The notes below the pieces were generated by a model, which was given only the letters and a program-made list of their open reading frames with translations, was not told where the DNA came from and made no database searches. From Microlunatus sp. (GTDB lineage Bacteria > Actinomycetota > Actinomycetes > Propionibacteriales > Propionibacteriaceae): DNA of 62,118 bases. The position numbers were made by a program, and so were the translations under genes. The stretch's first letter is position 1, and every line of letters starts with the position of its first letter. Below are positions 18,855 to 28,275 of this stretch, piece after piece. The stretch spans positions 1 through 62,118 of the forward strand of contig DATDAP010000697.1 in the NCBI GenBank assembly GCA_036525335.1, written 5' to 3'.

Positions 18855-19370
18855 ATGTCCCTACTCACCGACATCCGCGACGAGGTCGAGGCCTACGCCG
18901 CGGACAGCATCCAGATGGCGATCGACGACATCGTCGCCGATCAGCCGAATGCGATCAGCCCAGGGGAACAGTTCTCGTTCAGCGTGATCGCGACCAACGC
19001 CCCGCTGGTGGCGGCCGACGGGATCGCCTTCGTCAACGTGAGGTATCACGTGAGTGTCACGGGCGCAGGCGTCCAACTGGTCGTTCCGCCGGCGAATGTG
19101 GCGATCGCCCGGTCCGGAGGGCTCGTCACCAGCCCGCTGCTGGTGCCTGGCGCGCTGGTCAGCAGCATGTTCGTCTTCGGGATCACTCCCGACGGGATCG
19201 CACTCGGCGTCAATGACGGCGACGCCATCCGGGGCCTGAAAGGTCAGGCCGGAGCAGGTCTGGGGTCGGCCACCCTGAAGGCGCACTTTCACGGGGATCC
19301 CAGTCTGGCCGCCCTGTTCCCGGCAGATCGCACCAGCGACAACGGTGAGGCGACGATCGACGTCGTCTGA
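18855..19370 (+). CDS. Hypothetical beta-rich protein
   Basis: GAGGAG RBS, typical codon bias. Confidence 0.75.
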   Translation: MSLLTDIRDEVEAYAADSIQMAIDDIVADQPNAISPGEQFSFSVIATNAPLVAADGIAFVNVRYHVSVTGAGVQLVVPPANVAIARSGGLVTSPLLVPGALVSSMFVFGITPDGIALGVNDGDAIRGLKGQAGAGLGSATLKAHFHGDPSLAALFPADRTSDNGEATIDVV

Positions 19371-19468
19371 TCGAGCGTGTTCCTGCTCGGGAAGCCGTCC
19401 TTCCCTGACCTGACCACCAGGCGATGGAAGATGGCACCAGGGCCGGCGGCACCAGGGGGTCAGCAGGG

Positions 19469-19918
19469 ATGGAACAGGTGACGATGTGGGATGCCAGCGC
19501 GCCCGGGATCGTGCTGCTCCCCTCGGGCCGCTCGGTCCGCGGTCGCGGACTTCGTCGGCCGCCATCCCCGGGGCCGCCGCCGACTCTGGCGGTGCACCTG
19601 ACCGGGACCCGGCCCGCCCGCCCGGCGTGGGACCAGGAGTGGATCCGGTGGCGGGACTTCTGGGTTCCGTCCGACTACGTCGAGGCGAGCAGGGTGCTCC
19701 GCGACGCGTACGTGCGGGCGACCCGGGAACGAGTGGAGATCGCTTGTGGTGGCGGGGTCGGCCGAACGGGAACCGGTTTGGCGGCCCTCGCGATCTTCGA
19801 CGGCTTGACGGAGCGGAACGCGGTCGACTGGGTACGAGAGACCTACCATCCGCGGGCGGTGGAGGTGCCCTGGCAGCGACACTTCCTGCGCTGGCTCGCG
19901 GCGTCGGGACGGGTGTAG
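19469..19918 (+). CDS. Protein-tyrosine/dual-specificity phosphatase family
   Basis: CGGGVGRT (CX5R), WRDF loop. Confidence 0.88.
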   Translation: MEQVTMWDASAPGIVLLPSGRSVRGRGLRRPPSPGPPPTLAVHLTGTRPARPAWDQEWIRWRDFWVPSDYVEASRVLRDAYVRATRERVEIACGGGVGRTGTGLAALAIFDGLTERNAVDWVRETYHPRAVEVPWQRHFLRWLAASGRV

Positions 19919-19952
19919 GCGATGGGTCGTAGTCTCTGGGCGTGAGCCGACG

Positions 19953-20234
19953 ATGAGCAAGTCCGACGCCCAGAGGGCCATGCGCGAGGCCAAGTACGCC
20001 CGGATCAGCGCCAGCGGCCCGACCCGACGTGAGGCAGCCGCAGCCGTGGGAACTTCGAAGGGCTCAGCCGCTCGGATCCCTGGCCCCACCCCGGCTCCAG
20101 CCGCCGGCGCCGCTCCGACCGGCGCGGCACCGACCGAAGCGCCCCAGGGTCAGCGCTGCGGGCACAAGTCGATGAACGGCCGGACGTGCACGCGTCCGGC
20201 GGCTCATGCGGAGAAGAGTCACCGCTACGGTTGA
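19953..20234 (+). CDS. Small hypothetical protein with C-terminal Cys/His motif
   Basis: MSKSDAQRAMREA...CGHKSMNGRTCTRPAAHAEKSHRY. Confidence 0.75.
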   Translation: MSKSDAQRAMREAKYARISASGPTRREAAAAVGTSKGSAARIPGPTPAPAAGAAPTGAAPTEAPQGQRCGHKSMNGRTCTRPAAHAEKSHRYG

Positions 20235-20299
20235 CCGGTTGTCCGCGCCGGACGCCATCAGCCCGGCTCCCTGCGCCGGGTTCGACGCCGGGATGGCCG

Positions 20300-20497
20300 C
20301 TGACGGCGAAGCGTCGCGAGCTCGAGCGCGCCACGTCCGCTGGTGCCCGCAACGCCGAACTCGAGTTGTCCGATCTTCTCGGTCTCCAGCGTTTCAACCG
20401 CTTCCGCGACGATCTTGATGAACTGGTCAGAGTGACCAGGCAGGACCTGGCTGCGCAGCGGCACTGGATCCGGATCCTGCGGAGGCGACACGCCTGA
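20300..20497 (+). pseudogene. C-terminal relic of a MarR-like regulator
   Basis: LTAKRRELE...ELSDLLGLQRFNRFRDDLDEL; no start codon or HTH. Confidence 0.45.
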
Positions 20498-20598
20498 CGT
20501 GGCCCCGCACATCTGACTCCCAGGTTCGACTCAGGTCGGTCTCAGCGCTCCGTCGACACACTGATGTCCATGACGCCTGTTCTCATCTCAGACCTGGC

Positions 20599-20736
20599 GC
20601 CCGGCACGTGCTGGCCGAGCGCATGGCCCGGGGCAAGGTGTCCACCGAGGAGTTCCTGGAACGCGCCAGCCTGCTGAACTGGACTCCGGGCTCCGACGTC
20701 ACCCCGCCGACCAGGAGCTTCCGACGTCGCCGCTGA
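20599..20736 (+). pseudogene. SHOCT-domain relic
   Basis: ARHVLAERMARGKVSTEEFLER; no in-frame start nearby. Confidence 0.55.
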
Positions 20737-20799
20737 CCGAATTCTGGTCGTCTTGATCAAGGAGCGCATGCGCCAGTGGGCAGACAAGACGCGATCTCC

Positions 20800-20821
20800 G
20801 GTCTCGGTCGAGACCGAGACC
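20800..20821. repeat. Perfect 10-bp inverted repeat upstream of the GH16 gene (possible operator)
   Basis: GGTCTCGGTC-GA-GACCGAGACC. Confidence 0.4.
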
Positions 20822-20859
20822 GACCCCATCCGATCGGCCGACGGCTACGAATCCCCCCT

Positions 20860-21816
20860 ATGACCCAGCGCCCGAGAACAAGGATCGGGCGACGTCACTC
20901 ACCACCACTCCGAGTCGCGGTCGGTGCCGCCGTGTTGATCACCCTCCTCGCAGGCTGCGGTCAACCCACCCCCGCACCTACTCAGCGACAGCCGGACCAG
21001 TCCGCCGCTCCGGCGACGCCGAGCGTCGGAGCGTCGTCGACCGGCGATGAGCCGGACGACAGCCCGTCGGCGACCCCCAGCGCGAAGCCTCCGACCCGGA
21101 AGGTCCTCCTCGACGAGGACTTCAGTGGTGACACGCTCGATCGGACGAACTGGAACACGTGCCACTGGTGGGACGACGACGGCTGCACCATCACCTCGAA
21201 CAACGAGCTGCAGTGGTACCGACCCGAAGGGGTCCGGGTGGCCGATGGCGCCCTGCAGCTGGTCGCCGAGCGTGGCGACCAACGGGCCTCCGACGGAGAG
21301 ACCTACCCCTTCCGCTCCGGTATGGTCACGACGGGGCCCACCAAGCAGGACGGCGACCCCAAGGTCGCCTTCACCTACGGAATTGTCGAGGCACGCCTGC
21401 GAGTCCCCAGCGGGCAGGGGCTGTGGTCGGCCATGTGGCTGCTTCCCGCCAGCACGGAGTCCCGACCCGAGATCGACGTGATGGAGATCCTCGGCAACGA
21501 CCCCACCGAGGCCATCCTGCACTTTCACCCGCAGAACCGGAAGGCGAAGTCGCCGAGCAAGACGGTGACGCCGCGGGGCGTCGCCTTCTCCAAGGGCTGG
21601 CATGACTTCCGGATCGACTGGAGTCCGAATCGGCTCGACTACGTCATCGACGGCAAACGAGTCTGGCGGGTTTCGGGCGCCCAGGTCCCCGACGAGCCGA
21701 TGTACCTGATCTTCAACCTCGCTGTCGGTGGCGTCTACCCGGGGGACCCCGGCGCCAGCACGAACTTCCCGGCTACCTTCGCCATCGACCGTGTCAAGAT
21801 CACGGCCGGCGCCTGA
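20860..21816 (+). CDS. GH16 glycoside hydrolase lipoprotein
   Basis: Lipobox LAGC; EIDVME catalytic motif; NLAVGG. Confidence 0.9.
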   Translation: MTQRPRTRIGRRHSPPLRVAVGAAVLITLLAGCGQPTPAPTQRQPDQSAAPATPSVGASSTGDEPDDSPSATPSAKPPTRKVLLDEDFSGDTLDRTNWNTCHWWDDDGCTITSNNELQWYRPEGVRVADGALQLVAERGDQRASDGETYPFRSGMVTTGPTKQDGDPKVAFTYGIVEARLRVPSGQGLWSAMWLLPASTESRPEIDVMEILGNDPTEAILHFHPQNRKAKSPSKTVTPRGVAFSKGWHDFRIDWSPNRLDYVIDGKRVWRVSGAQVPDEPMYLIFNLAVGGVYPGDPGASTNFPATFAIDRVKITAGA

Positions 21817-22296
21817 GCGGGACGCGAGCTCGTGCGCGGCGCGTCGATTCCCCCGCCCTCACTCAGACTCATCACGGTGGAGACCCGTAGGGTCGCGGAC
21901 GTGCCTTCTGATCCGCACTCGCCTGCACCACCAGTCGCCCCACCAGGGCCCGCTGGAACCACCGCTTCTTCGATGATCTCTGTTCCACCCTGTGCTGTCT
22001 CGGGCAACAGCCCTGCCCCCGTGGATCAGTCCACTGCGAGCGTCGATCATGCATCGTGAGGCCAGTCCCTCGGCTGAGCAGTTGCCCACGGCTGCTCCCG
22101 CTACCACCTGGGAGAGTCCGGGGCGTCGACGTCGCTAGCCCAGTTCAAAGAGGGCTTCGGCGCAGTGCCCGTCGACTACCACGAGCTGAGACTCGAACGG
22201 CTGCCCTGCACCCGCGCCGACCAGCAGCTCCGCACCATGGTGAACGCGCTCTGCGATTCCGTGATGTCTAGGCCTGACGCAGCCGCAGGTTGCGTG

Positions 22297-23244
22297 TCAG
22301 GACTTTTCACCCGGGGCGTCGGCCGCCGTGATCTCGATCTCGGCGGTGGCCTGGATCAAGGCCAGGAGCTCCTTGTCGAGGCCGGGGGAGAACTCTTCAC
22401 GGCGCTCGGGGGCAATGGTGATCGGTACGCCCTCAGGCATGATCGCGGTGCTGAGCTCGGTACCGTCGTTGGAGGGCGAGGCTCCTCGGTAGAGCTTGGC
22501 TGCCTGACTCTGGTCGTCGGCTGAGAACGTGTACTGGATGCTCTGCAAGCCCTTGTCGGTGAGCTTCTTCACCTCGGGGAAGCGCTCGGCGTTGGTCTTC
22601 GGGATCGGCAGGACGCTGCCCCAGTTCACTCCGAGCGACTCCAGCGCCTTCGCGAAGGCGTTTTCGTGCGCCTGGTCACGGACGATCAGGTAGGCGATCG
22701 TGGAACGCGCGGCCTTGTTGTCGGTCATCTCGTAGATGCGGCACTTCTGCAGCCGTCCGGTGGATTCCAGCATCAGGTTGTACAGCAGATCGAGGACGAG
22801 GTTGCCGCTGTTGTAGACGTACGACCCCGACCATGGGTTGCCGACGGCGTCAACCGGCAGAGCACCCTGGGCGCCGACCAGGTAGTGGTGGATGTTGCCG
22901 GTATCGAGGGCGATCTTCAGCGGGGTCGCACCGGCGGCGCCTGGCTTGTCGATCGGATCGGACTTCTTGCCCTGGTACTCCGGTGAGCCGTCCAGCAGTC
23001 GCGCGATCGTGGTGCCGATCAGCTCGACGTGGCTGATCTCCTCGGTGCCGACGCCCTGCAGCAGATCCTTGTACGGCTTGCTGGCCGGAGCGCCCCGGAA
23101 GTTGATGCTCTGGAACAGGTACTGCATCATGGTCCGCATTTCACCGAACTGTCCGCCGAGCCCTTCCTGCAGGGCGTTCGCAGCAGCCGGGTCGGGCTCG
23201 TCGACCGCAATGTCGTTGATCAACAGTTCGCTGTGCAGGTACAC
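22297..23244 (-). CDS. Manganese catalase family protein
   Basis: LQEGLGGQFGE, TEEISHVE, RDQAHE. Confidence 0.92.
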   Translation of the reverse strand: MYLHSELLINDIAVDEPDPAAANALQEGLGGQFGEMRTMMQYLFQSINFRGAPASKPYKDLLQGVGTEEISHVELIGTTIARLLDGSPEYQGKKSDPIDKPGAAGATPLKIALDTGNIHHYLVGAQGALPVDAVGNPWSGSYVYNSGNLVLDLLYNLMLESTGRLQKCRIYEMTDNKAARSTIAYLIVRDQAHENAFAKALESLGVNWGSVLPIPKTNAERFPEVKKLTDKGLQSIQYTFSADDQSQAAKLYRGASPSNDGTELSTAIMPEGVPITIAPERREEFSPGLDKELLALIQATAEIEITAADAPGEKS

Positions 23245-23269
23245 GGAGACTCCTCGGATAGGTCGCGGT

Positions 23270-23283
23270 GTCTCAGCTGAGAC
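23270..23283. promoter_or_regulatory. 14-bp palindrome upstream of Mn catalase
   Basis: GTCTCAGCTGAGAC. Confidence 0.3.
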
Positions 23284-23545
23284 CCCAGGCGGTCATGCTG
23301 GTCCTTCGGGACCCACGCGCATCCGCGCAAGCGAATCCCCCGACGACATCAAGCGTCGCTCGATGCCGCAGAACCTAGAGATTACATCGTAAACTCAGGC
23401 ATCGTCACCGGAGACGTGCTGGACGTAGGGTGACCACAATGGAGCACGACCCGTGCGACCGACCAGCAGGCCGTACCGAAGACGGCGTCCTCCTCGCCGG
23501 TGACGCGCGACTGCGAACCCGTTCGAGTCGATTCTGGGGTTGCGG

Positions 23546-23833
23546 ATGAGCGCCGGCAATCGGGCGACGGAACGGTATCTGCGGGGCATGGCGGACTCGG
23601 TCAATGCGGTGCAGGCGAGGTTCGGTGGCGACGGCGGGCGATGCACCGTCTCGGCCACATCGTTCACGCCCGACGTCGATGCCTCGGGGCGGGTGACCGG
23701 CGCCCATCTCATCTGGAACGTGGCGGTGCTGGTGCCGACAGTGCAGGCCGACCCCACCGGGCCGATCTCCAAGCCGGAGGCGGCGGCGGAACTGGCTGCC
23801 TGCCGGGCGCTCGCTGCCCGGATCCGCCAGTGA
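23546..23833 (+). CDS. Hypothetical protein (possibly a fragment)
   Basis: ORF with plausible codon usage, no recognised motif. Confidence 0.45.
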   Translation: MSAGNRATERYLRGMADSVNAVQARFGGDGGRCTVSATSFTPDVDASGRVTGAHLIWNVAVLVPTVQADPTGPISKPEAAAELAACRALAARIRQ

Positions 23834-24003
23834 CTGCAGGTGGGCCCGCCGTCCATGGTCGACGTCGAACAGGATCGCACCGCTCATGGCAAGATGCGCG
23901 ATGGAGCGACCTCGACACCGCCCGGCGGTCTGGCGGGGACCCGTTTCACGCTCTCGCCTGGGCTCGACGCCGCCGGAGGCGTCGCATCGACAAGGGGGCA
24001 ACG

Positions 24004-24552
24004 GTTACAGACACCAGGCTGACCGTCCCCGGCCCACACGTCTGGGCCAGGATCCGGGAAGACCTCGGCTGGCCACCGGCACGGGAGCCCCTTCAACCCG
24101 AGCCATCCACCGCCGCCCCGACCACCGAGTCTGTGAGCGAGCACCAACAGCAGTCACTCCTGGCCGTGATCGAGGAGTCGCTCGCCGGGCCAGCCCCCGG
24201 ATCCGCGGCGCTGGTGGCACACGCGACCTTCGCGCCGGTCCAGGCCGGTTGGTCCAGCTCGTCTGGTGAGGCGGTGATCGCCACCGATGCGCTAGGGCGG
24301 CGGATACTGCGGGTCGCCCTGGACGCCGAGCTCCCGAGCTCCGGGGTCCGGCACGCATGGCTGGTCCATCGCGAAGACGAGACCCGGAAACAGACCCTGG
24401 GCATTCTCGATGGTCCCTATGGGGTGTGGACCGTCGACCAATCGATCGACCTCGAGCAGTACGCGATTCTTGACATCTCGCAGCAAGGCGCCAGCGAGAT
24501 CGAGCACTCCGGTCAGACCATCGTGCGTGGTCAGCTCACCGTCGTCGGTTAG
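24004..24552 (+). pseudogene. RskA-like anti-sigma C-terminal domain, no TM helix, no canonical start
   Basis: VWARIREDLG; LGILDG...LDIS...HSGQTIVRGQL. Confidence 0.6.
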
Positions 24553-24582
24553 CAGCGGAGAGGGCTCGGTCGCTCGACGTAC

Positions 24583-25143
24583 CTAGCCGGCTAGACGCGG
24601 AACCCGATAGGTGAGCTGGACGATGCCGCGGCTGAAGTCTCGGCGCTCGGTGAGCTCGAGATCGATCCGGAGATCATGCGGGATCACCCGCTTCCCACGC
24701 CCGATGATCACCGGGAACAAGACAAGGGTGAGCACGTCGACGATGCCCGCCCGCAACGCCTGTCCGCCGAGGTCTGCACCCCCGATTCCCACCTCGGAAT
24801 CGGCCGCATCAGCGATCGCCCGTGCCTCCGCTGGGTCGAACTCCCGCTTGATTCGCGCGTTCGGGCCCACCTGGTCGCTCGATCGCGAGTAGACCACCTT
24901 CGTCGTCGCCGCCCACGCGCGCTGGAACTCGGCCTCTACCTCAGGTACGCCTTCTTGCACCTCGTCCCAGTACCGCATCACCTCATAGGTGCGTCGGCCG
25001 AGGAGGTGGACACTGGTACGGGCGGCCACGTCGTTCGCGGCACGGTGCACATCTTCCGGAGGGAAGGCCCAGGAGAAGTCCCCACCCTCATCGGCGATCA
25101 GCCCATCGAGCGAGCACTGGGAGTAGTACACGAGATCTGCCAT
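24583..25143 (-). CDS. Dihydrofolate reductase/RibD C-terminal family protein
   Basis: SLDGLIAD, LLGRRTYE, IGGADL, PVIIGRGK. Confidence 0.9.
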   Translation of the reverse strand: MADLVYYSQCSLDGLIADEGGDFSWAFPPEDVHRAANDVAARTSVHLLGRRTYEVMRYWDEVQEGVPEVEAEFQRAWAATTKVVYSRSSDQVGPNARIKREFDPAEARAIADAADSEVGIGGADLGGQALRAGIVDVLTLVLFPVIIGRGKRVIPHDLRIDLELTERRDFSRGIVQLTYRVPRLAG

Positions 25144-25309
25144 GCACCCATCCCACCTCAGGCACCCGCCGCCGATCAAGGGATCCGGTGCGGGTGTGGC
25201 CCGCGTGGCGGGCGGCGGGCTGGGTATCGATGAAGGGGAGGCGGCGGCGCTGACCGAGAGCCCGACCAGTGGTCTGGACGCCCCAAACGACCCGCGACAG
25301 TCTTGACGC

Positions 25310-25651
25310 ATGGCCATCGTGGAGCATTTCGAGATCCCCGTCGACGACATCGGACGGGCGCGGGCGTTCTACTCGTCGGCGCTGGGGTTCGACTACGAGC
25401 CCTGGGGCGCCGAGATGGGCATGCTGAGCCAGCCGGAGGGCAAGGGCATCAACGGCGATCTGCACCTGCGTGCCGACGCCCCGCACCCGACGGTCGTCTT
25501 CACGGTGGATGACATCGAGGCGGCCGTGCAGCGCGTGGTCGCCGCGGGCGGTTCTCAGGTCGGGCAGATCCAGCCGATGTCTGACGTGATGCGTTGGGTC
25601 TACATCCGTGACAGTGAGAACAACATCATCGGTCTCGTCCAGCACGACTGA
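25310..25651 (+). CDS. VOC family protein
   Basis: VEHFEIPVDD...FY...DSENNIIGL. Confidence 0.88.
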   Translation: MAIVEHFEIPVDDIGRARAFYSSALGFDYEPWGAEMGMLSQPEGKGINGDLHLRADAPHPTVVFTVDDIEAAVQRVVAAGGSQVGQIQPMSDVMRWVYIRDSENNIIGLVQHD

Positions 25652-25659
25652 TGGGTGCT

Positions 25660-25818
25660 CCCTGCTGGCGCAGGAGGCACGGGCAGCGATTGCTCCAGCC
25701 TGATGGCGTGGTTGCCCGAGGCGACAATGGGCTCGGTCGCGGCGGCGACGATCTTGCGCTGGGTGTTTCTCGTTCGGGTTCCGGGAATCTTCTTGACGTC
25801 GGCAGTCACTTGTTGCAT
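25660..25818 (-). pseudogene. TetR regulator N-terminal relic
   Basis: RTRNTQRKIVAAATEPIVASGNHAIRLEQ resembles TetR helices 1-2; truncated. Confidence 0.55.
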
Positions 25819-25821
25819 TCT

Positions 25822-25833
25822 AACTCTAGAGTT
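25822..25833. promoter_or_regulatory. AT-rich palindrome, likely TetR operator
   Basis: AACTCTAGAGTT between the divergent tetR relic and a VOC gene. Confidence 0.6.
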
Positions 25834-25855
25834 TAACTACAAGAAACGAGGGGCC

Positions 25856-26236
25856 GTGTCGATTTCAGGTGTGCATCACATCAAGCTGCCTGTCAGCGAC
25901 GTGGCCAACAGCCGAGCGTGGTGGGAGCGGGTGCTCGAGTTCGAGACATCGATCGAGTTCGTCGAGAACGGTGTCGTCGAAGGGGTCGCACTGCGACATG
26001 CTGGCTGCCAGACCGAGGTCGCCCTCCGCCGTGACCCCGACCGCGCCCGTGCCCTGTCGGGCTTCGACGCCGCCGCGCTGCTCGTTCCGAGCCGGAACGA
26101 CGTTCCTCGGTGGGCCGCTCGATTCGATGATCTCGGGCAGCCGTACGGTGGAATCGTCCAGGGCCACAACGGCGGAGCCGTGCTCGTCGGGCTGCACGAC
26201 CCGGACGGGATCGAGATCCGGCTCTACGCCGACTGA
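25856..26236 (+). CDS. VOC/glyoxalase family protein
   Basis: VHHIKLPVSD...HDPDGIEIRLY; GAGGG RBS. Confidence 0.88.
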   Translation: MSISGVHHIKLPVSDVANSRAWWERVLEFETSIEFVENGVVEGVALRHAGCQTEVALRRDPDRARALSGFDAAALLVPSRNDVPRWAARFDDLGQPYGGIVQGHNGGAVLVGLHDPDGIEIRLYAD

Positions 26237-26358
26237 TCCCCGCGACTCCACCTCACCGGTGGCTGTACCCAGCGCGCCCGCAGTCACACCCGTCCGGGGG
26301 TACCCGTACGCGTCCGCACCACACCTGTCCGCCTCAACCCACCTCGAAAGGGTTCGCC

Positions 26359-26922
26359 ATGTCCGAAACCGTCCCTCTCCACCTCGCATCGACTGATCAG
26401 CGTGACGCTCACTCCGTCGGCGGCGATGACACCGCCGTCGCGATCGCCTCGATGCACGCCATGGGATCCGGCACCCTCGCCGACTTCGGTGCCCTCTACA
26501 CCGCGGACGCGATCAACCGCGAGGCCATCGCCGAGCCGCCGGACACCCGGGGCGTCGGACCGGCCGCAGTGTTCGCGACCGCGCTCTGGCTGCGCGCAGC
26601 CTTCAGCGACATGACCTGGACCGTGCACGACGTCGCTCAGGACCATGACCTGGTCGTCGCGCATGCGAGCATGTCCGGCCGCCAGACCGGACCGTTCGTC
26701 GCCTATCGGCCCGACGCCGAGGTCGCGGCAGTGTTCCCGCCGCGGGGTCGGACCTTCACGGTCACCCAGACCCACTGGTTCCGGATGCGGGACGGCCGAG
26801 TGGCCGAGCACTGGGCGAACCGTGACGACCTCGGCATGGGGCAACAGCTCGGTTGGAACCCGCCCACACCCCTGTACCTGGCCCGGATGCTGCTGGCCAG
26901 CCACCGCGCCCGCCGCCGGTGA
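26359..26922 (+). CDS. SnoaL-like ester cyclase (NTF2 fold)
   Basis: AAFSD, SGRQTG, RDGRVAEHWANRDDLG. Confidence 0.88.
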   Translation: MSETVPLHLASTDQRDAHSVGGDDTAVAIASMHAMGSGTLADFGALYTADAINREAIAEPPDTRGVGPAAVFATALWLRAAFSDMTWTVHDVAQDHDLVVAHASMSGRQTGPFVAYRPDAEVAAVFPPRGRTFTVTQTHWFRMRDGRVAEHWANRDDLGMGQQLGWNPPTPLYLARMLLASHRARRR

Positions 26923-27147
26923 GGGCGCGACCGAAGCGACCACGCCCGAGATCCTGCTCCCGAGCCAGCACGCCCGCCGAACAGTCCCACTCGAGGGCCG
27001 GCCGAGCAGTCGTGCGGCCCTTCGAACCGAGACACGAGTGGCAACCACTGGAGAAGCACGCACCCGCGACCTAGAATCTCTGACGCTTCTCGTTCGGTAT
27101 CCGCCCTGTGTCCGCGGATCTGACGTCGCGGAAGGTGGCGTTGATCA

Positions 27148-27495
27148 GTGGCACGTGTACACAGCGGGGACGAGGCACTCGTCGTCGGCCTTCACCTGGA
27201 CGGTGCCGCGGACAACGGCACCCAGGCCCTGGAGCGCCAGGTGCGCAACCTCGAGGTTGCCCTCACCACACAGCGGACGATCGGGGTGGCCGTCGGCCTG
27301 CTCGCCCACCGCTACGGCTTCACCACCGAACAGGCGTGGCTGCTGCTCGCCCGGCTCTCACAAGACACCAACGTCAAGGTGCGTGAGGCCGCACGGGTCC
27401 TGGTCGACGCTCACAACGGGCAGACCGAAGGTGCCGACGCCGGGACCCTGGCCAGAGTCGCCGCTCGGCTGCCCGACGGCCCGGCGTCGCGTTGA
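27148..27495 (+). CDS. Stand-alone ANTAR domain protein
   Basis: LEVALTTQRTIGVAVGLL...LSQDTNVKVREAA. Confidence 0.85.
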   Translation: MARVHSGDEALVVGLHLDGAADNGTQALERQVRNLEVALTTQRTIGVAVGLLAHRYGFTTEQAWLLLARLSQDTNVKVREAARVLVDAHNGQTEGADAGTLARVAARLPDGPASR

Positions 27496-27643
27496 CGGAC
27501 GCCGCGGGCTGCGTGTGGCCGTCGACTCTGCGACGCCCCCCGCAGGCGCCAAGGATCCTGCGCCCTCTCCAGCCGCGCCGACGGCCACCCGCTCGCCCCT
27601 CCTCGCCGGCCGGCGAGGGTCCGGCGACTGGGTAACCCGGGAT

Positions 27644-27669
27644 CTACCCGATCAGGGCCGGTTTCAAAC
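27644..27669 (-). promoter_or_regulatory. SigB/SigF-type promoter with no obvious downstream gene
   Basis: GTTT-N16-GGGTAG. Confidence 0.5.
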
Positions 27670-27909
27670 CCGGAGATCCGACCACGCCGGAGTCGACAGC
27701 CAACACGAGACGACGGCCCACCGAAGATGCGAGCCGACCTCGTCGTGGCAGCAGCCGACCCCTCCGTGCACGCTCCACCTCGTCGGGACACGAGCAGTGG
27801 GACCGGGCTGTGCCCAGGCGTTCTCTCGACCGCCATCGAAGGCCGTCCAGCCGCACCCCATAGCCTTGATCCGTCGAGCGGCCGGAGGTGTCGCGAGGAG
27901 GAGGAACTC

Positions 27910-28275
27910 ATGTCGGTGACTGCATTTCAGGACCTGGCTCTGGCTGACCGCGATCGACGCTGGGACGGTGCTGCCGCGGAGAAGCGCGTCCGTCAGTGGG
28001 CCAAGGCCACCGACGAGCCGAACGAGCGCTACCGGGATGCTCACGTGTGGTACGACGCCGAGAAGAAGGACAACTTCACTGCCTACAAGCTGTTGATCGC
28101 CGACGTCATCGACGGACACCTGATGGCCGTTCCTCGGGCGGTGATGGCCGCCGGCGGGATCATGCAGGGCGCGCACGGCGGTATCGACATCCCGGACCGC
28201 GACGTGGAACGGGTCAAGAGCCATCTGGCCAAGTACTACAAGAAGATGGACGACTCGGCCCCGTGGGAAGAGTGA
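27910..28275 (+). CDS. Conserved hypothetical protein (121 aa)
   Basis: Strong GAGGAGG RBS; YKLLIADVIDG...GGIDIP...HLAKYY. Confidence 0.85.
   Translation: MSVTAFQDLALADRDRRWDGAAAEKRVRQWAKATDEPNERYRDAHVWYDAEKKDNFTAYKLLIADVIDGHLMAVPRAVMAAGGIMQGAHGGIDIPDRDVERVKSHLAKYYKKMDDSAPWEE

Noticed and set aside
21830-22290. Short ORFs between GH16 and Mn catalase (e.g. VPVDYHELRLERLPC)
   Set aside because: Possibly relics, but no family recognisable and no clear RBS
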